Assembly (NCBI GenBank): GCA_020629155.1
Contig: JAHDDW010000005.1
Coordinates: forward strand, 69,703 to 133,702
Reading direction: 5' to 3'
DNA: 64,000 nt
DNA from: Acidimicrobiales bacterium
GTDB lineage: Bacteria; Actinomycetota; Acidimicrobiia; Acidimicrobiales; SZUA-35
This document shows, one piece after another, positions 1-9,099 of the stretch. The position numbers and the translations under genes were made by a program. The notes under the pieces were generated by a model. The model had not been told where the DNA came from, did not search any database, and saw nothing but the letters and a program-made list of their open reading frames with translations. The number at the start of each line of letters is the position of its first letter. The first letter of the stretch is position 1.

Positions 1-1214
1 TGAGGCAAACGCAGACCCGCCTTGGCAAATTTTTTCTTGGCGTGCTTAAACAGTGATTTATCTGCTTTTGTACACACATCAAGTTCCATATCAGAAATGA
101 TATAGAGCACGTTAGGCATGCCCGATTGACCCTGCCCAGAAGATGTAGCTGCGTTCAAGATACTCTCAAACGCGGCTTGAAGGTTTGTGTTCATGCCCCA
201 AGCAGCTGTTTTGATCATACTTAAACGCTCAGTCAAAGAGTTGCCAACAACTTCCACAAGGTCAGGAGATTCAGAAAAAGTCATGAAATGGTCTTTAAAA
301 ATGCCTGTATTGCGCTCAGCGAAATACAAAGCTAAAGAAACTGACACACTCATTGGCCTGCCCCACATAGAACCTGACACGTCAGCCATAACCAAAGAGT
401 CAAGACCATCGGTGTAGTCAGGAAGGTTTTTCCACATGATGTTAGCGGCTGCCTCATCAGAGGTTATTGCATCAAACACTTCATAGGTGTACAACGTGCT
501 GGTATTAATTTTGCTCTCGCCTTTGGCAACAGATCCAAGGTACTTACTAAACCTGTCATTGTCATGGCGTCTGAAAGCAGCAAGATGTTTACGCATGGCT
601 TGTGAGGGCAAACTTGAATAGTCTATTTCACTCCATTGCTTGCCAGACATTTTATGCTCAAGCAAACCAATATATTTGCGCAACGCAACAACACGTTTGC
701 GATATTGAGATCTGCTCAGGCCAAGCTGCTCTGCAAGCCAAACAGCTGAGTCTCTCGTTGATTTACTAGAAGAGTTCTCTGATGGTAACCATTTAGCCAT
801 CAAAGAAACCGATTCATCTTTAGCCATCGACGCCTCATCAATCTCAAGCTGAGATTTAACAAGACTAGGGACAAGATAATCATCCCAACGGCCATATTCA
901 GGGATATGGACCGCTAAAGAATCAGCCAGTTGTTTATCTTTAGCTGCTAAATCGTTGAAGCAGATACGAAACAGATTTCTTTCACCCTGCCCGCCGCGAA
1001 CATCACGGAGGTAGAACAAGCAACGCACAGCAGCCTGAGGGTCAGCCTTAAACGCAAGCCTAAAGAGACGCAATGCATCGTTTGGTCTACCGCGCATAGC
1101 GCCAGCCAAAGCAAAAAAATCGAGGACAGGATTCAGGGTACTCTTATAGGCTTTGGCATCATTTTCCGTTTTCACGGAATTCGTAGCCTTTTTTAAATGA
1201 TTTAGAAAACTCAT
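1..1214 (-). CDS. DUF2828-like protein with vWA domain (3' end cut by window edge)
   Basis: Absent from the ORF track because no stop lies inside the window. I checked every in-frame triplet from 1214 down to 3 and found no stop. ATG at 1214-1212. Translation: MSFLNHLKKATNSVKTENDAKAYKSTLNPVLDFFALAGAMRGR...CLFYLRDVRGGQGERNLFR...MAKWLPSENSS...LVMADVSGSMWGRPMSVSVSLALYFAE. The RDxRGGxGER block and the DxSGSM MIDAS-type motif match what I recall for DUF2828/vWA proteins. Confidence 0.7.
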   Translation of the reverse strand, partial: MSFLNHLKKATNSVKTENDAKAYKSTLNPVLDFFALAGAMRGRPNDALRLFRLAFKADPQAAVRCLFYLRDVRGGQGERNLFRICFNDLAAKDKQLADSLAVHIPEYGRWDDYLVPSLVKSQLEIDEASMAKDESVSLMAKWLPSENSSSKSTRDSAVWLAEQLGLSRSQYRKRVVALRKYIGLLEHKMSGKQWSEIDYSSLPSQAMRKHLAAFRRHDNDRFSKYLGSVAKGESKINTSTLYTYEVFDAITSDEAAANIMWKNLPDYTDGLDSLVMADVSGSMWGRPMSVSVSLALYFAERNTGIFKDHFMTFSESPDLVEVVGNSLTERLSMIKTAAWGMNTNLQAAFESILNAATSSGQGQSGMPNVLYIISDMELDVCTKADKSLFKHAKKKFAKAGLRLP

Positions 1215-1483
1215 AGTAACCCCACGAAAATTTCGACGAACGCAGTCCATGGTAGCAAACCTCAAAATAAGTGCTTTGAATTAAAGTGTCTGGTCTATAG
1301 CAGATACTGGTTTTCAGTGAAAATATGGAAGCATCAGTAGCTACTATTTGGGTGCATTGCTTGGATTGCGGCTTCGACTTATGTGTGTAGAACGCAAGTT
1401 CTTAGTTGTGCTTATGAAATCAAGAACTTAAAAATTCTTTTTGAAGATACCCTTGTAATCCGATTGATTCCATCAATCAATTC

Positions 1484-1571
1484 GGAGGAGTGCGAGAGCG
1501 GCCGAATCGGCACGCTTGGAAAGCGTGTGTAGGGCAACCTACCGTGGGTTCGAATCCCACCTCCTCCGCCA
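1484..1571 (+). tRNA. tRNA-Ser (anticodon GGA)
   Basis: 88-nt cloverleaf read by eye. Acceptor GGAGGAG/CTCCTCC. Anticodon stem CACGC/GCGTG with loop TTGGAAA (anticodon GGA). Long variable arm GTAGG-GCAA-CCTAC, typical of class II tRNA-Ser. T-arm GTGGG-TTCGAAT-CCCAC. The CCA end is encoded. Confidence 0.9.
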
Positions 1572-1903
1572 ATCATGAACAGCTAGAAACTCTGAAATGG
1601 GAGTTTAAGCCTGTAAGAAGCCGTTTTTGAAGGATGAAAATCCTTTGAAGAACTTCAAAAAACTTGCATGAGCGACAAAAATGTGAGGTTAAAACGAGTT
1701 TATTGTCGTCAGAGAAGTTATCCGCAAACAATCAGAGACCAATCCTGATGGTTTTGTCTGGACGATTCAGGTTGTCCAATCGTAAAAATGGCATGTTGTT
1801 TGGTTTGCGGTCGTTGAATTTATAGGTCGTCGAAATATGGTCGTGTGTTTCTGGCGGTGTGAATTATTTTCTCTATTAACACATGATCGTTATGGATGGA
1901 ATA

Positions 1904-2122
1904 CTAGATGTAGTGTTTGCCGTATTTTTTGCGGCGTAGTCCTGGGGCGTACTGTTTTGCGGGAGTGCCAACTTTGGGAAATAGGGCAATTCTTTTGAAG
2001 GTATCGAAAAAACCTTGATGATACTCGTCTGCTACGTACTGGTTCCAGTTCTGGAATCCATAACGATAAATTTGTTGTAGTTGTTCTTCAACTTCGCTGG
2101 TTAGCTTGTAGGGTCGGTTCAT
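1904..2122 (-). CDS. parE: ParE/RelE-fold toxin (type II TA)
   Basis: 72-aa product MNRPYKLTSEVEEQLQQIYRYGFQNWNQYVADEYHQGFFDTFKRIALFPKVGTP... has ParE-like size and pattern. ATGA start/stop overlap with the upstream antitoxin gene at 2119-2122. The longer track ORF (to 2251) would overlap the antitoxin, so I prefer the internal ATG. Confidence 0.65.
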   Translation of the reverse strand: MNRPYKLTSEVEEQLQQIYRYGFQNWNQYVADEYHQGFFDTFKRIALFPKVGTPAKQYAPGLRRKKYGKHYI

Positions 2123-2319
2123 TCGTCGAGAGAGTCTAACGCTTTTTGTTTTATTTGTTCTGCTGAAAGCGTGCCGATGCCTGAATTTCTGGCTTGTTGT
2201 ATTTCGTCTTTGAAGTGTTGTTCTTGCTGGTCTCGGCTTAAAGAAGCCCAAAGCTCTAAATCTCGTTTGGTCGGGAACACAGCGAAGTTGTCGCTAAACG
2301 TCTGAGTAGTAGCAGCCAT
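2119..2319 (-). CDS. parD: ParD-like antitoxin (type II TA)
   Basis: 66 aa from ATG 2319: MAATTQTFSDNFAVFPTKRDLELWASLSRDQQEQHFKDEIQQARNSGIGTLSAEQIKQKALDSLDE. It resembles ParD (CC2985-type) antitoxins and is translationally coupled to the toxin. Confidence 0.6.
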   Translation of the reverse strand: MAATTQTFSDNFAVFPTKRDLELWASLSRDQQEQHFKDEIQQARNSGIGTLSAEQIKQKALDSLDE

Positions 2320-2748
2320 AGCATGTATTGTAGCATGTAATGATCGGCAGAGTAGGTGCGTCTGCCTCATTGTAGCTAGACTGTTTTTTGTTGGATGGAT
2401 CACTGAGTCCGAAATTCCTATCCCTGAAGAGTACGTCCCTTTACATCAGAAGTTGAAATCGATGTCAATCAGTTGGCATAGTGAGCACCCCTGTTGGCAA
2501 CCAAAGACAATACGTCTATTTAGCGGTGCACCTGAATGGCCTCCTTTAATTGTAGCTCCACTAGTAGGCTTAGAAGAAGCCCAGTTAACACGGTCGTAAC
2601 ACATGTGAGGTCCCCGAGTCTGTTGCTGAATTGTTCAAATCTATGGCTTTCAGTCACAAGATATTGCTGAACTTAAGGCCTTGGTTTGGGGTTGACCCAG
2701 TTCTGATTTTGTCTATGGACATAGGGTTGGGTGTGGTAGGGTTGTTGT

Positions 2749-2940
2749 ATGGTTTCTCGTCGTCAACCTTTTTCGGATAGGTTTCTTGCTATGTCTTCTG
2801 ATGAGCGTTTGGAATATTTGGAGGCTGCTCGTGTTGTTGATAGGTCTGCGCTTCCTGAGGATGTTAGGCGTAGGTCTGAGGCTATGTTGGAAGAGGCTCG
2901 TAGGAATTTTGAGTCTAGTCTTGAAGAAGTTGGAAAGTAA
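2749..2940 (+). CDS. hypothetical protein (63 aa, charged helical)
   Basis: Track ORF. A TAGGGT hexamer lies 6 nt upstream of the ATG. No recognisable family. Confidence 0.4.
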   Translation: MVSRRQPFSDRFLAMSSDERLEYLEAARVVDRSALPEDVRRRSEAMLEEARRNFESSLEEVGK

Positions 2941-3040
2941 GGCGAGAGGTTAAGGCTTAGGATAAGTTTCTCGATAAAGTTGATTACTATTTTGGTGAAG
3001 GGTTCAAGGGGTCAACCCCACTTCTACTCATAGGGTTTTA

Positions 3041-3304
3041 ATGCGTGAAGTTTTGCCGTATGTTTTTGAAGCTTCTAGACAGGGTTGGGATTCGTTTGAT
3101 TGGCTGTATCCCGATAATTCTAGGGTTAGATTTTATGAGTTTGTTGGTGATGAGATACCACACGCTTACTTCATAGGTCAACTTGATGGGGTATCTTTAA
3201 CTGAGCCTCTTTATTTAGTGGAAGAAATTTCGCTTATTGATTTGATTGTAGATTTCGGTGAAGAACCTTTAGAAGATCCTGATGAGCCAACACCAAGCCG
3301 TTAG
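3041..3304 (+). CDS. hypothetical protein (87 aa, acidic C-terminus)
   Basis: Track ORF, same orientation as its neighbours. A TAGGGT hexamer lies 4 nt upstream of the ATG. No recognisable family. Confidence 0.45.
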   Translation: MREVLPYVFEASRQGWDSFDWLYPDNSRVRFYEFVGDEIPHAYFIGQLDGVSLTEPLYLVEEISLIDLIVDFGEEPLEDPDEPTPSR

Positions 3305-3348
3305 TAACGTCAACAGTTGAATGAGTCGAATCTGAGTAGACTGAGCTT

Positions 3349-4317
3349 GTGAAGGCTGATTCAGAGAGAATTTTTAAGCAAGCGATAGAGCAAGTCCAAC
3401 CAGGCTATTTCGAGTGGACAGCTGATCAAAAAGAGACATACGGCTGGAAAATTTCTAATGAAGACTATTTCCAGATTAAGCAGTATCTGTTGGAGTGCTT
3501 ATTTGGAATTGTTGTTAAAAATAACGAAGGTCTGGACGATGCGACAAGAGAATTATCGCCTGATGAGTGGCGTCAGCTAAATGAAATAATGCTACCTTTG
3601 GTTGGTATTGGTGATGATTGCTTATTTCTAAATGAGTTGCTGAGAAAACCTTTGCAGAGCTATCCAACGCTGCACGACTATGCCTATGAAAACCATCAAT
3701 TTCAGGAAAAAGCTAACCGCAGCGACGACCCTGAGTATAGCCCGCAGCCTTACTTGGGTATGCTCTGGCATGCCTGGGCTCGGCTGAAAGTTAATAAGGA
3801 ATTTAGCTATGCAACACTTTGTACTAGCGCTGAATACATAACTGAAGCACTTCAAGAGTCTTGCCAGAAACAGTTGAGTAGCATGATTCCCAGCAGCTAT
3901 GTGGAAGGTCCTAGGCATATGCAGAAAACAGATGATGGGCATTTCGTTTGGGATATGGTGCTCGAAGCCGATGGTAGGGAAGGTCAGCTTGACTGGTTGC
4001 GGACAGAAGTCTTTTTTCATCTCCGAGACCTGCAAATAACTTTAGGGGAAGAATTCAACCGTCAAGCTTCCTGCGAAACGTATATACTAGATGCAACAAG
4101 CTTTGATGGAGAAACCAGAAAAGAGTTTGTGTTCTCCGATATCGAGGCTCTCAAAGTGGTTTCCTTCAGTCACTTTGTTGATAGCTGCACGGCTATCAAA
4201 GCTAACGCTCAACGGCTGCTCTCACGGCTTGAAGCCGAAAAGCAGGCTATGGATGTGTTCTTGCAGGATAAGTATGACTACATTATGGAAAACTATGATC
4301 CGTCTATGAACAACTAG
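3349..4317 (+). CDS. hypothetical protein (322 aa)
   Basis: Long clean ORF with a GTG start. No motif I can place. Confidence 0.6.
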   Translation: MKADSERIFKQAIEQVQPGYFEWTADQKETYGWKISNEDYFQIKQYLLECLFGIVVKNNEGLDDATRELSPDEWRQLNEIMLPLVGIGDDCLFLNELLRKPLQSYPTLHDYAYENHQFQEKANRSDDPEYSPQPYLGMLWHAWARLKVNKEFSYATLCTSAEYITEALQESCQKQLSSMIPSSYVEGPRHMQKTDDGHFVWDMVLEADGREGQLDWLRTEVFFHLRDLQITLGEEFNRQASCETYILDATSFDGETRKEFVFSDIEALKVVSFSHFVDSCTAIKANAQRLLSRLEAEKQAMDVFLQDKYDYIMENYDPSMNN

Positions 4318-4703
4318 TTGGCCCTTAAAAATGTATTTTTACACTTGATATCATTTAGGCGAGCCGAGTTGTTAGTTGTCTGCATATTTTTTCTAGAACA
4401 GTCGCGTAGTGTTAGCAATGATCGTCTGGCTGTCGCTATTAGAATGCAGCCTTTCGGGAATTCGCGGTTTTCTTGAGACTATTGCAAGTATCAAAAATAT
4501 TGACAGACTCTGCGCGATTTCCAAATTTGGTCATAGAGAAGTAGCCCGAAGTTGTGGCTCAGCAGAATTGTTTTGATGAGTTTTTTTAAAAGTTGAGAGC
4601 AAAAATTTGCCGCTGTTTTTTGTGCATCAGCTTCTGTATAAAATCCATTTCTTTGGTGTTGTCGCATTCGCTGTCTGCACTGTGAGGTATGTCAGATCGT
4701 GAT

Positions 4704-5399
4704 CTAGCCGTAGGTTTCTCTTGGATATTTCGAGGTTCTAACGTTGTCGCTTGTCAGTTCTTTGAGCGCATTAGTGGCTATCCACTTCGCAGTTCTATCG
4801 TTTATACTTAGTATTTCTTCTGCCGTCGAGATTGCTTTTGCTTGTAGATCTATGTTTCTTTTCCCAATGTTTCGTAAAGCCCAGTTGACCGCCTTTTTCA
4901 CATACAACCGGTTATCTATGCACTCTCTTTGAATTAGCGGAAGGAACTGCTCGAAAGTTTCATTTTGCGATTTTTTATCTGCCATGCAAAGCGCAGCAAT
5001 TGTTGTAAACCCAGCTCGTTTCTCAAACTCTCTTGTGCGTTCTGCCCATTCAATTGCTTTTGGTATCGCATGGTTACTTTGTGCATAGAGGCCCATGCAA
5101 AAAGAATCACATATTTCCCAATTCTCAAACGTTTTGGTCCATCGGTCCATTAGCTGTTCGGTTAGGTTTCGAGGGTTAAATATTTTGCTGCAAAGTAGTC
5201 GTGCTTCGTAAATGTCAGAATCAAAAAGTTGGATCGCTAGCGTGTCTTCTTTAGGAGTTCGCTTGGCGATTTCTTTCAATTCTTTTTGATAAATGCCTAA
5301 AGCATTGTTTGAAGAAATACCAAATTTGGTTTCTTTAAGCAGAATTTTTTCGGGGTCTGCTTTTCCTCTAAGTTCGTCTAGTACCTGCTCTGCCAACAC
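4704..5399 (-). CDS. DNA alkylation repair protein (AlkD/AlkC-like HEAT-repeat family)
   Basis: 231 aa with ...NWEICDSFCMGLY...KRAGFTTIAALCM...LYVKKAVNWALRNIGKRN..., the characteristic pattern of the DNA alkylation repair enzyme family. Confidence 0.75.
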   Translation of the reverse strand: MLAEQVLDELRGKADPEKILLKETKFGISSNNALGIYQKELKEIAKRTPKEDTLAIQLFDSDIYEARLLCSKIFNPRNLTEQLMDRWTKTFENWEICDSFCMGLYAQSNHAIPKAIEWAERTREFEKRAGFTTIAALCMADKKSQNETFEQFLPLIQRECIDNRLYVKKAVNWALRNIGKRNIDLQAKAISTAEEILSINDRTAKWIATNALKELTSDNVRTSKYPRETYG

Positions 5400-5725
5400 T
5401 AGTTGCTGGCATTTATTTCTATAGCTTGATTCATAAAATGCCTAATAGTTTCTTCATCCAGTTCACCACGCTGAGGCAGCACTCTGATTGCTTTGCCCTT
5501 GCCGGTAAGCAGCCCATGTTGGTCGGCCATTTTCGCTCCTTTGAGAAAGCCAAAGTCAACACCATATGACGTTGTCCTCATATGGCAAATTCCACCATTG
5601 CTGTTTGAATAGGTAGTGATTCTTTCTTTTTTCGTTTCAACGACCCCTTCGAAAGAAAGCAAGAGCTGCCTTGCTTGAAGAAATACGTCTTTAAATGTTG
5701 ACTGCATATCTTTGTCAAACTGCAT
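5399..5725 (-). CDS. DUF1801-like small protein
   Basis: 108-aa ORF whose stop overlaps the alkD-like start by 1 nt. Size and the ...ERITTYSNSNGGICHMRTTSYGVDFGFLKGAKM... pattern resemble YdhG/DUF1801 proteins. Confidence 0.45.
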   Translation of the reverse strand: MQFDKDMQSTFKDVFLQARQLLLSFEGVVETKKERITTYSNSNGGICHMRTTSYGVDFGFLKGAKMADQHGLLTGKGKAIRVLPQRGELDEETIRHFMNQAIEINASN

Positions 5726-5749
5726 GTACCAAACCCTAATGTCTTCCTC

Positions 5750-6067
5750 TTATATATGTTTTGCAGACCATGTTTCGAGAGATTTGAAAACGGGCAACAA
5801 GTCTTGAGCTTTGCTCGTAGGCGTGTAAATGAACTGGCTTTTTTTATTCGGGTCTTGACTTTTGATAGTAAAGCCTCGTTCTTCCAGTTTTTTCAAGCGA
5901 TCAGAAAGAATATTTGTAGCGATTTTTTCGTCTGACTCAAGGAAGTCTTTGAAATGTTTTTTGTCGTGGACTACTAAATCGCGCAGTATAAGTAGAGACC
6001 ATTTGTCTCCTAAAACGTCAAGAAAACAGCTTAAAAGGCAATCGGATCTGGCCTTCTCGTTATCCAT
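5750..6067 (-). CDS. HxlR-family transcriptional regulator
   Basis: C-x-L..VLGDKWSLLILRDL signature. 105 aa. Divergent from an SDR gene, which is the classical HxlR arrangement. Confidence 0.85.
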   Translation of the reverse strand: MDNEKARSDCLLSCFLDVLGDKWSLLILRDLVVHDKKHFKDFLESDEKIATNILSDRLKKLEERGFTIKSQDPNKKSQFIYTPTSKAQDLLPVFKSLETWSAKHI

Positions 6068-6161
6068 GTCATACAGTATAACAAACAGACATCACTTGCA
6101 TTTTGCAAGTGAACTTGGTACGCTGCGCTTACCGTACTTTTTTATATCTAGAGGAGCAAAA

Positions 6162-6908
6162 ATGACAGCAAAAAAGACCCCCATTGAAGGCAAAGTAGCG
6201 TTAGTAACAGGCGCTAATAGAGGCATAGGAAAAGCTATTGTGAACGAATTGTTTGCCAAAGGGGCAAGCAAAGTGTACGCAGCAGCAAGAGATCTAAACT
6301 CGTTACAAGAACTAACAGACAAATATGGTGACAACATTACTCCAATCGAACTTGACGTGACAGATGACGCAAGTATTAAAAATGCTGCGCAACAAGCTAC
6401 AGACACCCAAATCTTGATCAACAACGCTGGCGTTATGGCACCAGGAAACTTCATGGATGGCGAGCTGTTAGCAGGCTTGAAAGATAACTTGGATGTCAAC
6501 TTGTGGGGTCCAGTAAAGATAGTAGACGCATTCTTGGGTTCAATGAAAACCCAAGATTCAGCTGCCGTCGCAAACGTTTCTTCAGTTGTTGGCCTCGCTA
6601 GCATGCCAATGGGAGTGGCCTACTCGGCCTCTAAAGCAGCTGTGCATAGCATCACGCAAGGGTTGCGAGCCGAGCTAAAAGAAACAAACATTTTGGTATC
6701 TGGCATTTACCCAGGGCCGATTGACACTGACATGACAGCAGCCATGGAAATGCCTAAAGGAACTCCCGAAGAAGTAGCGGCAAACGTGGTCGAGGGTATA
6801 GAAAACGGTGTGGAAGATATTTTCACAGACGAAATGTCGAAACAGCTTGGCGATGTCTATAAGGGCAACCCTAAAGCAGTAGAAAATCAGATGGCTGCTT
6901 TCAAATAA
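6162..6908 (+). CDS. SDR-family oxidoreductase
   Basis: MTAKKTPIEGKVALVTGANRGIGKAI (TGxxxGIG), NNAG, and the YSASKAA catalytic YxxxK. GAGGAG RBS at 6151-6156. The track ORF start at 5862 is an artefactual extension across hxlR. Confidence 0.9.
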   Translation: MTAKKTPIEGKVALVTGANRGIGKAIVNELFAKGASKVYAAARDLNSLQELTDKYGDNITPIELDVTDDASIKNAAQQATDTQILINNAGVMAPGNFMDGELLAGLKDNLDVNLWGPVKIVDAFLGSMKTQDSAAVANVSSVVGLASMPMGVAYSASKAAVHSITQGLRAELKETNILVSGIYPGPIDTDMTAAMEMPKGTPEEVAANVVEGIENGVEDIFTDEMSKQLGDVYKGNPKAVENQMAAFK

Positions 6909-7056
6909 AGGGCGTCTCTGCAAAGTGTCGATGTCGTTCCGCTCGGGTTGTTCCCATGCAGGTTTTGGTGGTTTCTAGCAAAGCGGTTTAGACAGATAAA
7001 CAAATATCTAGCAAACACACCAGGCGTATTGATAGATGCGCCTGGTTTTGCTGTGT

Positions 7057-7842
7057 CTAGCGAAGGCTTTCGTCGGTTGCGCCTCTCATCATTTTCCCAA
7101 ACATTTTTAACGCGAGTTGTCGTGGCATCATTCTCATCATAAGTGTCATCGCTGTATTGCGTTTGCCTGCGATAACTGCTGGTTTCCGACCAATTTTTTT
7201 AAGCCCAATACTCGCAACGCGAGATGCATCCATCCAAGGCATGGGTAGGCTGTCAAGGTCAGCACCTTCGGTTTGTGCCATCTCTGTGCGGGTTGCGCCA
7301 GGGCTCAAAGACAAAACATCAATAGAATGTTCGTTCATTTCGATGGCGAAGGCCCGAGCAAACTGCAAAATAAACGATTTTGATGCTGCATACGATGCCA
7401 TATAAGGCGACCCAGTGTAGCCCACCATGCTTGACACAAAAATCACACCGCCTTTTTTGCGAGGAATCATTTTGCCTGCGAAGTGATGCGTCAACTCTAT
7501 GGGAGACTGCACATTCAGTCTTATATTGCGAAGCCTTGTCTCGGAACTCTGTTTGATGAAAGCTCCAGGGACAGCAGCACCTGCGTTCAATACAAGCAAC
7601 CCAATTTCAATATCTGAAGTAGCTGCGTCGATATGCTCCAAAGCATCATCAGCTGTAAGGTCTACGCAAACTGTGCGCACCTCGACGTTGTGTTGCTTTG
7701 CTAGTCCGTCGGCAAGGTTCTTGAGTCTTTCAGTTCGGCGGGCGACAACAACGATATTTAGGCCCTGTGCTGCTAGCTGGTGTGCGAACTGTTCCCCAGT
7801 CACAAGAGCCCATGAGCCATAACGAGTTGTAAGTTTTTCCAT
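7057..7842 (-). CDS. SDR-family protein lacking the glycine-rich cofactor loop
   Basis: MEKLTTRYGSWALVTGEQFAHQLAAQGLNIVVVARR...NAG...YAASKSF. SDR-like throughout, but the six residues of the TG-xxxGxG loop are absent in frame. AAGGGG RBS lies 7 nt before ATG 7842. Confidence 0.75.
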   Translation of the reverse strand: MEKLTTRYGSWALVTGEQFAHQLAAQGLNIVVVARRTERLKNLADGLAKQHNVEVRTVCVDLTADDALEHIDAATSDIEIGLLVLNAGAAVPGAFIKQSSETRLRNIRLNVQSPIELTHHFAGKMIPRKKGGVIFVSSMVGYTGSPYMASYAASKSFILQFARAFAIEMNEHSIDVLSLSPGATRTEMAQTEGADLDSLPMPWMDASRVASIGLKKIGRKPAVIAGKRNTAMTLMMRMMPRQLALKMFGKMMRGATDESLR

Positions 7843-8419
7843 AATCATTCCCCTTGCTTTGCTGTAAATTAGCGTTTTGTCTTGAAGAGTGAGGTTGGCT
7901 TGGTTGATCAGTCGCACTGATCTTAAAAACCTCTGCTCTTTCTCTCCTGGAAAAACTGTAAGGCTTCGGGTAACCCGAAAGTCAAGAGAATAGATGAAAA
8001 ATATTGGTCATTCTATTCCCTGCGTTGTGATCGTTCCTAAAACTTCTGGTTTCTTAGGCCAGCAAGAGCTGTAATCACAGAAACCTTCGGTTTTAGATTG
8101 TGCATGTGTCAGCGCAATGTGGACTATTAAACGACGTAAAGCAGATCAGGCCCTATGTGGCTGTTAATCAACTTTAGTGATACTGCTACACCTGAACAAA
8201 TAGAGGATTCCGCAGAGCGCTATGAGCAGCAGCTGCGACCTGAAGACAAGGTTGTCATCGGCATTAATTAGACGAATAGAAGCTAACAGGTCTAGGAAAT
8301 TACTGGTAAAAGAGTTGCGCACAAATCTGATGTAAGGGTGTCTGGCTAGTAGTCGACACTCTTGCATCTTGTGGAGTTCTATTCTGGCGAAAAATGACCG
8401 TAGCAGCGGCGCGGATCAA

Positions 8420-8445
8420 ACAGGTAGCCAAGAATACCTACCTGT
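8420..8445. promoter_or_regulatory. inverted repeat ACAGGTAG-N10-CTACCTGT upstream of mazE (likely TA operator)
   Basis: Perfect 8-bp arms at 8420-8427 and 8438-8445, ending 14 nt upstream of the mazE-like ATG. Confidence 0.45.
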
Positions 8446-8459
8446 GGTAGCATTAAAGT

Positions 8460-8678
8460 ATGAAACTTAGTGTGAGTCTCTCCGATGAAGATGTTAACTA
8501 CTTAGATACCTACACAAAAGCACAGGGTTTAAAATCTCGCTCTGCTGCTTTGTCTAAAGCCGTGCGACTTCTTCGAGCCTCAGAACTCAGCGCAGCGTAT
8601 GAAGATGCTTGGACCGAGTGGGCAAATGGCGACGATGCTGCCTTATGGGATGCAATCACAATTGACGGACTCGCATAA
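8460..8678 (+). CDS. mazE: ribbon-helix-helix antitoxin (MazE-like)
   Basis: MKLSVSLSDEDVNYLDTYTKAQGLKSRSAALSKAVRLL is an RHH N-terminus. The TAATG junction overlaps the toxin start. Confidence 0.75.
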   Translation: MKLSVSLSDEDVNYLDTYTKAQGLKSRSAALSKAVRLLRASELSAAYEDAWTEWANGDDAALWDAITIDGLA

Positions 8679-9025
8679 TGCGCCGAGGAGAAATTTATTG
8701 GGTGGATCTAGATCCGACACGAGGCTCCGAATCCAACAAGTCTAGACCTGTGGTGGTTGTTAGCAACAACGGAGCCACTACAACAGCAAGTAAACTCCAA
8801 CAAGGGCTCATCACCGTCGTCCCGATAACAACAAACATCACACGAATTTATCCGTTTCAAGTGTTTCTTGATGCAAAAACCACTGGGCTTCCAAGCGACT
8901 CAAAAGCCCAAGCAGAACAAGTTAGATCCATCGATGTTAGACGCATCAGCAACTACATAGGGAGCCTCTCAACTTCGACCATCGCAGCACTCGACGAAGC
9001 GTTGAGGGTTCATCTAGCACTGTGA
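8678..9025 (+). CDS. mazF: MazF/PemK-family endoribonuclease toxin
   Basis: MRRGEIYWVDLDPTRGSESNKSRPVVVVSNN... is the canonical PemK/MazF N-terminus. Confidence 0.9.
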   Translation: MRRGEIYWVDLDPTRGSESNKSRPVVVVSNNGATTTASKLQQGLITVVPITTNITRIYPFQVFLDAKTTGLPSDSKAQAEQVRSIDVRRISNYIGSLSTSTIAALDEALRVHLAL

Positions 9026-9099
9026 GATGAGGATGTCATAGGGCAAAGAAGGAAAATAGAAGACGTCTCACTTCTTGCGAAATCCAGTACCCTAATGAC

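Noticed and set aside
3628-4035. 135-aa minus-strand ORF
   Set aside because: It is fully nested antisense within the 322-aa plus-strand ORF, and it is the shorter and less plausible of the two.
5862-6161. N-terminal 100 aa of the 348-aa track ORF
   Set aside because: It is antisense to the HxlR gene. The SDR similarity, the RBS and a good ATG all begin at 6162.
8164-8367. 67-aa minus-strand ORF in the 540-bp spacer before mazE
   Set aside because: It has no RBS, no motif and hydrophobic low-complexity content. The spacer may instead hold promoters. No feature is called.
1572-8459. Integrase, prophage or ICE boundary downstream of tRNA-Ser
   Set aside because: I found no integrase/recombinase-like ORF and no duplicate of the tRNA 3' end by eye. 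The island hypothesis is kept only as a low-weight inference.
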